The notes under the pieces: generated by a model | What the model was told of the DNA's origin: nothing | The model's input: the letters and a program-made list of their open reading frames with translations, nothing else | The model's database searches: none | Made by a program: the position numbers and the translations under genes | Source of the DNA: Macrostomum hystrix | Taxonomy: Eukaryota > Animalia > Platyhelminthes | DNA length: 64,000 nt | Assembly: GCA_950097015.1 (NCBI GenBank) | Contig: CATNEN010000039.1 | Coordinates: forward strand, 18,042,001-18,106,000 | Reading direction: 5' to 3' | Shown here: positions 14,310-24,100 of the stretch, one piece after another | Numbering within the stretch: the first letter of the stretch is position 1 | Layout of the letters: every line of letters begins with the position of its first letter

Positions 14310-14785
14310 GGCCAGGAATCATTTCAGGAATCGTATCAAGAATCGTAGCAAAGAAACGGATCAGGAATCGCATCTCAAGAATCGCCGCAGGAATCGTAGC
14401 ATAATAATCTTAGCAGGAATCGTACCTCAAGAATCGTATCAGGAATCGTATCAGGAATCGCAGCTTTAGAATCACTGCAGGAATCGCAGCTAGAACCACT
14501 GCAGGAATCGCAGCTAGAAACACTGCAGGAACCGTAGCTAGAATCACTGCAGGAATCGTAGCTAGAATCACTGCAGGAATCGTAGCTAGAATCACTGCAG
14601 GAACCGTAGCTAGAATCACTGCAGGAATCGCAGCTAGAATCACACCAGGAATCGTAGCTAGAATCACTCCAGAAATCGTAGCTAGAATCACACCAGGAAT
14701 CGCAGCTAGGATCACAGCAGGAATCGTAGCTAGGAATTCGTATCAGGAATTTTAGCTAGTAATCGTTTCAGGAATTGTAGCTCCA
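14310..14785. repeat. 24-bp minisatellite (GCAGGAATCGTAGCTAGAATCACT), left part, interrupted by a LINE
   Basis: The same unit resumes at 18524-18812; it accounts for the 'ILAAIPAV' ORFs. Confidence 0.9.
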
Positions 14786-17700
14786 ACAACAACAACAACA
14801 ATATACGCCAGGTCTCTCCATGGTCCATGGCGTCAGAAGGCATGTTTCAAGGCCTGGGCGCGAACAAAAGCAGGACCCCCGGCAGTATCCGGGGCGCCGG
14901 CGTCGGCTAGCAGGCAGTCGACGAAACGCCGAGTTCGCGCTTGCAAGCACCCTACCCCGCCGGTAGGGTGCTTGCGTCGTCAGCAGAAGTACCTCTTGCA
15001 CGGGCTGGGGGCAGTACTCCTCGGCTCGGATTAGGTGGCCTGCCAGCTGTAGCCGTCGACGGCGCAACAGCTCGCTTGGACGGGTCAGGCCGGCGCGGCG
15101 ATAGAGTGCCGCGTTGGTGGTCCGATCATCATTGCCGACTTTGAAGGCAGCACGCAGCAGGCCAGCGTGCGCTGCATCGACTAGATGCTCCAGCGTCTCC
15201 GTCAGCGTCCATGTCTCGGCGTTGTAAAGCAGGACGGTCTCGACCACCGCCTGGAACAGCGCCGCCCTCTGACGGTCAGGCGAGGCCACGGAATGCAGGA
15301 CAGCTCGCACCGAGTGGAAGGCTGCCCAGGCAAGACCGCGGCGACGCCGCAGATCCTCGCGGACGTTAGGCACCAGACCGCCAAGGTAGACGAATTGCTG
15401 ACAGCGCGGGAGTTCCGCCACCTGCCCGTCAGCGCCTCGGCAGAAAATTGCGGCCTCGATGTCGCCCGGCACGCAGAGCACGACGGTCTTCTGCGTGTTG
15501 ACCACCAGACCGACGCTCGCCACCGCAGCAACCAGCCTATCCAGCTGGCGTTGGGCGCCCTCGACAGTCGAGGACAGCAGGGCGAGATCGTCGGCGTAGC
15601 CAAGCACGCTGAGCCGCCTCTCTGGTTGGCGTCGACCCACGCGTCGCCGCAGCAGAAAACCGTCGTCATTAGTCGGCATGGCAGTGCGCAGCACCCAGTC
15701 TAGCACCAGAACGAACAGGAACGGCGCCAGCGTGTCCCCTTGAAGCACTCCGGAGGATGTGTCAAAGGGATCCGATAGGCCGTCCGGTGTCATCACGGCA
15801 GCTTTGGTGTCGTGGTACATCGCCATGACGGCGGAAACCAGCTGCTCTGGCACGTTGTAAGCGCGAAGCACCAATGGGAGCGCGGCCCTCAACACCGAGT
15901 CGAAGGCCTTCCTGAAATCTACGAAGATCAGGATCAGGATCGACTGGCGGATGTTCGCTTCCTCGATGACTCGGCGAAGAGCAAGGATCTGCGCCACTGT
16001 GCCGCGTTGGGGTCGGAACCCGTTCTGCTCGGGCCGCAGGTAGGGATCCAACACGGGCTGCAACCGGGATAGCAGCATCCGGTTAAACAGCTTCGCAGCG
16101 CAGGACTGCAGGCAGATGCCTCGATGCTCCTCTAGCTTTGTGGTGCCCGGCTTCTTCGGAATCGCGACGATGTGGGCCATGGTCCATTCGTTGGGCGCCG
16201 CCTCACCGGAAAGCACGCGATTCATCACACTGGCGACCTCGCCAGCCACACAGTGGAGCCGCAGTGCTTCGATGGGTACCTCGTCTGGACCCAGCGCTTT
16301 GCCGCCCGATGACTTTTGGGCCAGCAGTACAACATCATCCTTGGTGACCGGTGCCACGTTGAAACTCTCTGCCGACGGTAACGGCGTCTCCGGCGGCAGT
16401 CTCAGGTTGTTGGGTTGTGGGGGTGGCGGCGCGTTGACAGTGGCGGCGAAGAACTCGCGCAGCTCGTTGCGGCGCTCTTCAGCAGTGTCGCCAGCCAAGT
16501 TCAGTTGTAGGCGCCGCTTTCGCCCCGTCAGAGCATTGATGGCGGACCAGGCCACTCGACCTTTAGCGTCGGGCCCAGCGGCTGACACGGCCTTGATGGC
16601 GTCATCCACAGCGGCTTGCTGCCGTTGCAGGTAGACGACTGCTAGGGCCTCCTCAGCCTCGCGTGTAGGTCGCCTGCTCAGACGGAGCTTCTCCAGTTCC
16701 TCCCTCGCTTGCTGGATCACGGGGTCACTCTGCCAGACCGGCAGCCCACGCTGGGCCGGCTGCATCAGTGGGACCGCTTGCTCCGCTGCGGCTGGAACAG
16801 CAGCGCTGATCTCCGCGTACTCGGCACTTCCACACCTGCCGCCCAGCGCGGTGGTGAATGCGGTAGCGAAGCGGCGGCGCGTGTCAGCGTCCTTAAGCGC
16901 ACGGTAGTAGCGCCGCGGTGGCCGCTTAGGCGGGCGATAGAGCGGATCGCGTAGGTTGAGGTCGCAGACGAGGAGCTTGTGATCGGACCGCAGGACTAGC
17001 GGCGTGATAGCGCGGCAATTGGCAACGCGGCCTTGCTCACGAGAGCGCACAAGCACGTGGTCGAGCTGTGCTAGCCGTCGCGTAGCATTTCGGCGGCGCG
17101 CATTCCGCCTTCTCCGCTTGCAGCCCACAAAGGTTGCGAGCCTGCTCGGTGGTTTGCGGAAACGTGTGTTGGCCGACACCATGTCCTGCCTTTCCAGGAA
17201 GTCCTCCAGTGCTTCGGTATTGTTGTTCTCGCGTGGCGTAAAAAACAGCGACCGCTTGGACCTCCGTGCAACTGCGTTCAGGTCTCCAAGAACGACCACA
17301 GTGTCTCGTTGTGCCATCTCCTCCACCAGCGCCGAGAGTTGCTCGAAGAAGCCTTGAGCCTCATCAGGGCGAGTGGAAGGGGGCGTGTACACACAGAATA
17401 GACGGGCGTTCCGGCCGCGGAGCCGGACGTCGACACGAAGCACACGGTCAGACAAGGAGACACAGCGAAATCTCTGCTGTAGCCTCGGCCCGATCAGCGC
17501 TCCAACTCCTCCACGGCCTCGTTGGTCCGCCGTTGAATAGTAGAAGGTCCAGCCGGCACCCAGGTCTTCACAGTGAAGGCCTGGTTCCGCCCTGATGGAC
17601 ACTTCCTGCAGAGAGATGATGTCGCAGCCCAGGTCTAGAGCTAGCTTCGCCAGCGCTCCTCTCCGCCAGTTGGCCTTGAGTGTGCGGCAGTTCAGCGTCC

Positions 17701-17962
17701 CGACCCGAAGCTTGCCTTCTGATAGAGCTGGGGCTCGATGCTGTTGAGCCTCACGGTCCCCGGCGCCACCCGGAAGATCCGAAGGACCAGCAGTGGTAGC
17801 ACTTCGACGGGTAGCGCCACGTAGCCGACCTCGCCGATTTCGCTCACGCCGGCGTTCAACGCGCCGGCGCATGCTTCGCTGCCCTCGCTTGGTCTTGCCG
17901 CTGTTGGCCGCCGCAGCAGCTAAGCGCGGCTCACCGACTTCACCACGTGGAGGTCGCGGCAT
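14768..17962 (-). CDS. AP endonuclease-reverse transcriptase polyprotein; C-terminus frameshifted by a 10-bp insertion
   Basis: APE motifs GTLNCRTL, SLQEV, GDLNA, LDHVLV, SDH; RT motifs IPKK, QNGFR, FVDFRKAFDSV, GVLQGDTLAPFLF, YADD, YLG; RTE-type tail LLYNAETW. Confidence 0.95.
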   Translation of the reverse strand: MPRPPRGEVGEPRLAAAAANSGKTKRGQRSMRRRVERRRERNRRGRLRGATRRSATTAGPSDLPGGAGDREAQQHRAPALSEGKLRVGTLNCRTLKANWRRGALAKLALDLGCDIISLQEVSIRAEPGLHCEDLGAGWTFYYSTADQRGRGGVGALIGPRLQQRFRCVSLSDRVLRVDVRLRGRNARLFCVYTPPSTRPDEAQGFFEQLSALVEEMAQRDTVVVLGDLNAVARRSKRSLFFTPRENNNTEALEDFLERQDMVSANTRFRKPPSRLATFVGCKRRRRNARRRNATRRLAQLDHVLVRSREQGRVANCRAITPLVLRSDHKLLVCDLNLRDPLYRPPKRPPRRYYRALKDADTRRRFATAFTTALGGRCGSAEYAEISAAVPAAAEQAVPLMQPAQRGLPVWQSDPVIQQAREELEKLRLSRRPTREAEEALAVVYLQRQQAAVDDAIKAVSAAGPDAKGRVAWSAINALTGRKRRLQLNLAGDTAEERRNELREFFAATVNAPPPPQPNNLRLPPETPLPSAESFNVAPVTKDDVVLLAQKSSGGKALGPDEVPIEALRLHCVAGEVASVMNRVLSGEAAPNEWTMAHIVAIPKKPGTTKLEEHRGICLQSCAAKLFNRMLLSRLQPVLDPYLRPEQNGFRPQRGTVAQILALRRVIEEANIRQSILILIFVDFRKAFDSVLRAALPLVLRAYNVPEQLVSAVMAMYHDTKAAVMTPDGLSDPFDTSSGVLQGDTLAPFLFVLVLDWVLRTAMPTNDDGFLLRRRVGRRQPERRLSVLGYADDLALLSSTVEGAQRQLDRLVAAVASVGLVVNTQKTVVLCVPGDIEAAIFCRGADGQVAELPRCQQFVYLGGLVPNVREDLRRRRGLAWAAFHSVRAVLHSVASPDRQRAALFQAVVETVLLYNAETWTLTETLEHLVDAAHAGLLRAAFKVGNDDRTTNAALYRRAGLTRPSELLRRRRLQLAGHLIRAEEYCPQPVQEVLLLTTQAPYRRGRVLASANSAFRRLPASRRRRPGYCRGSCFCSRPGLETCLLTPWTMERPGVYCCCCCWSYNS

Positions 17963-18523
17963 ATATCTGCACCGAGGTGCAAATATATTAAGTCTGCAAA
18001 TATATTAAGTCTGCAAATATATTAAGTCTGCAAATATATTAAGTCTGCAAATATATTAAGTCTGCAAATATATTAAGTCTGCAAATATATTAAGTCTGCA
18101 AATATATTAAGTCTGCAAATATATTAAGTCTGCAAATATATTAAGTCTGCAAATATATTAAGTCTGCAAATATATTAAGTCTGCAAATATATTAAGTCTG
18201 CAAATATATTAAGTCTGCAAATATATTAAGTCTGCAAATATATTAAGTCTGCAAATATATTAAGTCTGCAAATATATTAAGTCTGCAAATATATTAAGTC
18301 TGCAAATATATTAAGTCTGCAAATATATTAAGTCTGCAAATATATTAAGTCTGCAAATATATTAAGTCTGCAAATATATTAAGTCTGCAAATATATTAAG
18401 TCTGCAAATATATTAAGTCTGCAAATATATTAAGTCTGCAAATATATTAAGTCTGCAAATATATTAAGTCTGCAAATATATTAAGTCTGCAAATATATTA
18501 AGTCAGAGAGAATGAGTATCTGA
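14786..18523 (-). mobile_element. Full-length non-LTR retrotransposon (RTE-like, single APE-RT ORF)
   Basis: 9-bp direct repeat GTAGCTCCA at 14777-14785 and 18524-18532 (candidate TSD); (TTG)n 3' tail at ~14786-14801; single long ORF; 5' UTR carries a 17-bp tandem array. Confidence 0.88.
17978..18504. repeat. perfect 17-bp tandem array (TGCAAATATATTAAGTC) x ~31 in the LINE 5' UTR
   Basis: Units appear identical; the array lies between the ORF start and the distal TSD. Confidence 0.97.
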
Positions 18524-18812
18524 GTAGCTCCAGGATCACAGCAGGAATCGCAGCTAGAATCACAGTAGGAATCGCAGCTAGAATCACAGCAGAAATCGCA
18601 GCTAGGATCACAGCAGGAATCGCAGCTAGGATCATAGCAGGAATCGCATCTATGATCATAGCAGGAATCGCAGCTAGGATCATAGCAGGAATCGCATCTA
18701 TGATCATATCAGGAATCGCAGCAGGAGTCGTTGCTAGAATCACTGCAGGAATCGCAGCTAGAATCACAGCAGGAATCGTAGCTAGGAATTCGTATCAGGA
18801 ATCGTAGCTCAT
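18524..18812. repeat. 24-bp minisatellite, right part (same family as 14310-14785)
   Basis: GCAGGAATCGCAGCTAGAATCACA units. Confidence 0.9.
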
Positions 18813-19275
18813 GGATCGGCCTGTGATGCTTGTTCGCATCTGAAACCACATTTCCCATAATCTATTACAGATTTCTCTTAAATGGTAACAGAAGTGTGAG
18901 CTCAGTGCGATGACCAAACGAAAGCGGCGAACTGTGGCTCTCTAAAGAAGGTCTCACGCGAAGAAATAAAGAACTGGATCGCTAGCACTGCACACTAAAC
19001 ATATCTTTTATATGTCACCATACAGAATCACCTGTGTTTTTAATAATTGTGGTTTAATCAGCCTACTAGCAGTAGTTCATTTGATTTATTCAACTTGTCT
19101 AAAGAATTTAGTGGATGGCCGAATAAAGCCATGAGTAAAGCAGTTTCTGCTAGTTTCCGTTTCCATAGTTTCTGTTGGTCTTCGCTGCTGGGCAGTATAG
19201 TAGGGTGCAGTATAAAAGCCTTAGCTATGGCACAATTAAGCTGCAGAATTCGAAAGCTAAATATTACGAGAATTT

Positions 19276-21090
19276 TGTAGCTGACTTGCTACAAATGTTG
19301 CTGTTAAATTTAAGAGTCGGCAAAAGCTTGGGCTTGTTTATTTAGTTTTGTCGTGGGGTTACATTTAAGTCTTAACCGGGCAACTGTACCTATCGATAAC
19401 AAGGGTCATAGACAAATTAGCGGTAAGGGGGGAAATAAAAGTACCATTTGAATCTTTAAATATTAAGAGTTAAAAGAAAGAAGTGAATTTGCTGCTACAA
19501 GATACTCCCCCCACCCAAAACGGAGTTTATGCAAAGGTTTTGATTGTCGTTATGAAACAGTTAGAAAACGATGCTTTTCAGTTAGGTTAATAATGGTTCA
19601 GTTGCGTAAAACAGTTTAACAGATGGTTCTGTGGAAAAACGAACGTGGGAAGCGGTTTTAGCACGTATGTTTGCTGCCGGTGGGTTTTCCGGTGTTACAG
19701 TAGTTGCTGGTGCTTTGCTAATTGGTACCGGTGCTGGGAGTGTAGCTGGTTTCACTCGATCGATAGACACTACAGAAGGCTTGCCGTTGATTTCCAATGT
19801 AAATGTCGTTTCGTGTCTCTCCAACACTGCATAGGGTCCCTGGTAGGGTGCTTCTAGGGGACGTCGAACTCGATCTAGTCGCAACCAGACGTGGGTGCAT
19901 GCAGCCAAGTCTGCTGGCAGATGAATTCTTACCTCGCGCGTTCGTGGTTGGCGATACGGAAAAAAAAGTTGGTGCAGTCTTGTGGAAAGTTCCTTGACAG
20001 AGGAGGTGTCGGCAACTACAGGTGGGACTAATGGTTGTTCACCGGTAACGATGGAGAATGGCGATGCACCTGTCTCGTCTGCAAAAATGCGCATTCCGAG
20101 AAGCACGATGGGTAGCTGCTGCAGCCAGTTCTTGCCACGTGCTTTCAGCCCGGACTTTAATGTTCGGTGGGTTCGCTCGACGATGCCATTTGCCCTCGGA
20201 TTATAGGCTGAAGTGCGGATGTGATGGATTCCGAGCAGTGTCGCCAGGTTTCGCATGAGCTCCGCGCGGAACTGCGCGCCTTGATCGGTCACCAGCGTCA
20301 ATGGTGGGCCAAACCGAGAAATCCAGGATTCTAGGAAGGCGCACGCGACTGAAGTGGCGGTGATGTCAATGAGAGGGGCAGCTTCAATCCAACGTGAATA
20401 TGCATCGACCATTGTGAGCAAGTAGCGAGGTCTGGGACTAACGTCGGTCGACTCTGGGGGTGGCAGTGGTCCGACTAAATCGATATGGACCGTCGTGAAG
20501 CGTTGAGAGGGTGCTGGAAGCTGTTGCAACGGGCGTTGGACGTGACGACCTGTCTTGCACTGCTGGCACTGTTGACATTCGGCTACCCACCTTTGGATGT
20601 CGTTAGCCATACCTAGCCAGAAAAAACGATAAACGATGAGTCGTTGCGTGGCTTTGCGGCCAGGATGTGCGAATGCATGCAGCGAGTCAAAAACAGCGCG
20701 TCGGAGAGTCCTAGGGATGACGGGACGTGGGTTTGTCTGCGAGATTTCGCATCGCAGTGGGAAGTCCTTGATTCCAATGTCGAAGTTGCTGAAACGGCCT
20801 GTCTGGGGTTCATCCTCCGGGTTTTCCTTCTGTGCTCGTGCAACGGCTGGCAGGTCCACACATTGAGGAAGGTCAGACAGCAGTCGAATTGTGGTTGGTG
20901 GCGGGTTCTGGGATGGGTAAACCGGTCGTGATAGCGTGTCGGCTACGATGTTGTCCTTGCCGGAAATGTGGATGATGTCGCTCACAAACTCCGTGATGAC
21001 GGATAGCTGGCGTTGTTGTCGATCGGAAAACCGTTCTTTCTTATTTCTAAACGCTCCGCTGATGGGCTTGTGGTCGCAGAACCACATTAG
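19276..21090 (-). mobile_element. 5'-truncated Ty3/Gypsy LTR retrotransposon: end of RNase H, integrase, PPT and 3' LTR
   Basis: Integrase ORF, then polypurine tract GGGTGGGGGGAG (~19505-19516), then a putative 224-bp LTR 19499-19276 with TGTAGC...GCTACA termini and an AATAAA on the minus strand. Confidence 0.8.
19582..21087 (-). pseudogene. Gypsy pol fragment (RNase H C-terminus, HHCC zinc finger, DDE integrase, GPY motif)
   Basis: DHKP...HISGKDNIVADTLSR; H-AFA-H...CQQC; VHIDLVGP, VTDQG, NGIVER; PYQGPY. No gag, protease or RT upstream. Confidence 0.92.
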
Positions 21091-21178
21091 GTTCTGAGTC
21101 TCTCTGACGCCCGAGTCTCACCTCTCTCGTAATCTAGAAACACTGCTTAGGCAATACATTGTTGCAGTCAAATTAAAA

Positions 21179-24100
21179 ATGCCAACCAATTTCTCAGTTG
21201 GAGCATTGCTGAGGACTGTTTGCATCTTCCTGATGCAAGCCGCTGCAGGAATTCGCGGCCGCAGGAGCGCTTCGTCAGCGGACCATGCGGAGTTCCTGCT
21301 TGCTGTTCTGCTAGGAGATGTACGAACCATAGACCACTGTCTGAGAAGGGGTTTGAAGTTAAACGCTTTGTATGCGTTTGATGGAATAATGATTTCTCCT
21401 CTCAATATTGCAATCACTATCGGGCGATTGGAATCTGTACATTTCCTGCTCAATGCTGGAGCTGATGTTGACCTCCAAAATCTGAATGGAGAATCGGCCA
21501 TCCACTTTGCATCACAAAAAGGGCATCAGCAAGTCGTTGAGTCACTCATCAAAGCAAAAGCCGACGTTAACCTTCAAAAAAAAAATGGCGTCTCACCTCT
21601 CTACGTTGCATCAGCATTTGGGCATCAGCAAGTCGTTGAGTCACTCATCAAAGCACAAGCCAACGTTAATCTTCAAGCTAAAAATGGCGTCTCACCTCTC
21701 TACGTTGCATCACAAAATGGGCATCAGCAAGTCGTTGAGTCACTCATCAAAGCACAAGCCGACGTTAACCTTCAAGCTAAAAATGGCGTCTCACCTCTCT
21801 ACGTTGCATCACAAAATGGGCATCAGCAAGTCGTTGAGTCACTCATCAAAGCACAAGCCGACGTTAACCTTCAAGAAATCGATGGGTGCTCACCTCTCTT
21901 CATTGCATCACAAGAAGGGCATCAGCAAGTCGTTGAGTCACTCATCAAAGCTGACGCCGGCGTCAACATTCAAGAGAAGGTAAAAGGCATCTCACCTCTC
22001 TTCATTGCATCACAAAATGGCCATCAGCAAGTCGTTGAGTCACTCATCAAAGCACAAGCCGACGTTAATCTTCAAGAGAAGGTCCGTGGCTTCTCACCTC
22101 TCATCGTTGCATCACACGATGGGCATCAGCGAGTCGTTGAATTGCTCATCAAAGCACAAGCCGACGTCAATCTTCAAGAAATCGATGGGTGCTCACCTCT
22201 CTACATCGCATCACAAAATGGGCATCAGGATGTCGTTGAGTCACTCATCAAAGCACAAGCCAACGTTAATATTCAAGCTAAAAATGGCGTCTCACCTCTC
22301 TACGTTGCATCACAAAATGGGCATCAGCAAATCGTTGAGTCACTCATCAAAGCACAAGCCAACGTTAATCTTCAAACTAAAAATGGCGACTCACCTCTCT
22401 ACGTTGCATCAGCATTTGGGCATCAGCAAGTCGTGGAGTCACTCATCAAAGCTCACGCCCGCGTCAACATTCAAGAGAAGGTAAAAGGCTCCTCACCTCT
22501 CTTCATTGCATCACAAAATGGGCATCAACAAGTCGTTGAGTCACTCATCAAAGCTCACGCCCGCGTCAACATTCAAGAGAAGGTAAAAGGCTCCTCACCT
22601 CTCTTCATTGCATCACAAAATGGGCATCAACAAGTCGTTGAGTCACTCATCAAAGCAAAAGCCGACGTCAATCTTGCGCAGAAAAATGGCACCTCACCTC
22701 TTCATATTGCATCACAAAATGGGCATCAACAAGTCGTTCAGTCACTCATCAAAGCAAAAGCCGACGTCAATCTTGCGCAGAAAAAAGGCGCCTCACCTCT
22801 CTACGTTGCATCAGCATTTGGGCATCAGCAAGTCGTTGAGTCACTCATCAAAGCTCACGCCCGCGTCAACATTCAAGAGAAGGTAAAAGGCTCCTCACCT
22901 CTCTTCATTGCATCACAAAATGGGCATCAACAAGTCGTTGAGTCACTCATCAAAGCACAAGCCGACGTTAATCTTCAAACTAAAGATGGCGTCTCACCTC
23001 TCTACATTGCATCACAAAAAGGGCATCAGCAAGTCGTTGATGCACTCATCAGAGCTGGAGCCGAAGTCATAGATCCTCATCTTGATCTGTAAGTTTGTGT
23101 TTTGTGAAAATTTGCTTTCATATTTTTTACATAACTTGCTCAACGTTCAGCATGTAGAGTCCTAATTTGGAATCATTTTAAATTGGAAATTGAGCATGGC
23201 ATTTGACTTCTCCACGATCGTAAGCACACTTTTATAATTGTCAGGAATCCTAGCGCATTTATGGTCAGAAATTACCTTTAAACCTGGATCTTTTTTCTTT
23301 TGCTTTATGAGCAACCTGTCTTTATAATGGAGTCCATTAAACCGTAAGGACGAGTTAATTAAGAAGAGTTCTGACGCGGTTATCACTAAAGATTTTATTC
23401 GTTTAAGCTTCCTTGTTCTCTGCTGTCTACGAGCTCGTATTTAGCTCAATCGAACATTCTAGAACTCCCTCGAAAGTGGATCTTGTTATAATCTTCGGAA
23501 GTGAGTTGAGCAATTCCCGGGTTATATTAGTGCAAAAGCGATCAGTACCAATTGTAGTTTGACTGATGACACTCTCTGATGTTGGACAAGACTCACATTG
23601 GATCTCTACAATCCATTTACCTGTTGGCCAAGGCCTATACGTGACCGGCGACCAAAATTCTGCTTCGTGAATTGTGTTCTAGAGCATTGTTGTTGTTCTA
23701 CATGCACCTATATTTAACATAGTTTATTTCTTCAAAGAAAATCAAACTTGCTTTCGATTCCAGAGCTCACTTAAAGCCACCCGCTGAGCATCCAAGTCTC
23801 ACCGACTCACAGCTGAGTGAGCTGCTGCACTCAAAACTCAGTCTTTCTGGCTTTGTGGACACCAGAGCTGCCTTGCAGAGCGCTGCTGCTGACGTTTTTG
23901 AAGAGATCCTGAGGAAGAGGCTGAATAGTAAAGTATTTGTCATAGGCAGCTTTTCGGAAGGCTGGGGCAACAGTCTTACGACCCTGGACGGTAAAACCGA
24001 CATCAAGTCCGATATTGACATCATGATGCTTATCCCTGGCCGTCTCTACCACTTAAGAGACCTGTGCGAGTGCAGTACGTCAAGTGAGAAGTTGGAGTAC

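Noticed and set aside
19582-21087. Domesticated integrase gene functionally linked to the ANK-cGLR
   Set aside because: It begins mid-RNase H without a real ATG and is followed by a PPT and LTR, so a truncated retrotransposon is the simpler reading.
21179-23092. Stand-alone 637-aa ankyrin protein, or horizontal transfer from an endosymbiont or virus
   Set aside because: The stop codon falls inside a consensus donor (CT|GTAAGT) that splices in frame to the NTase exons; spliceosomal introns argue for a host gene.
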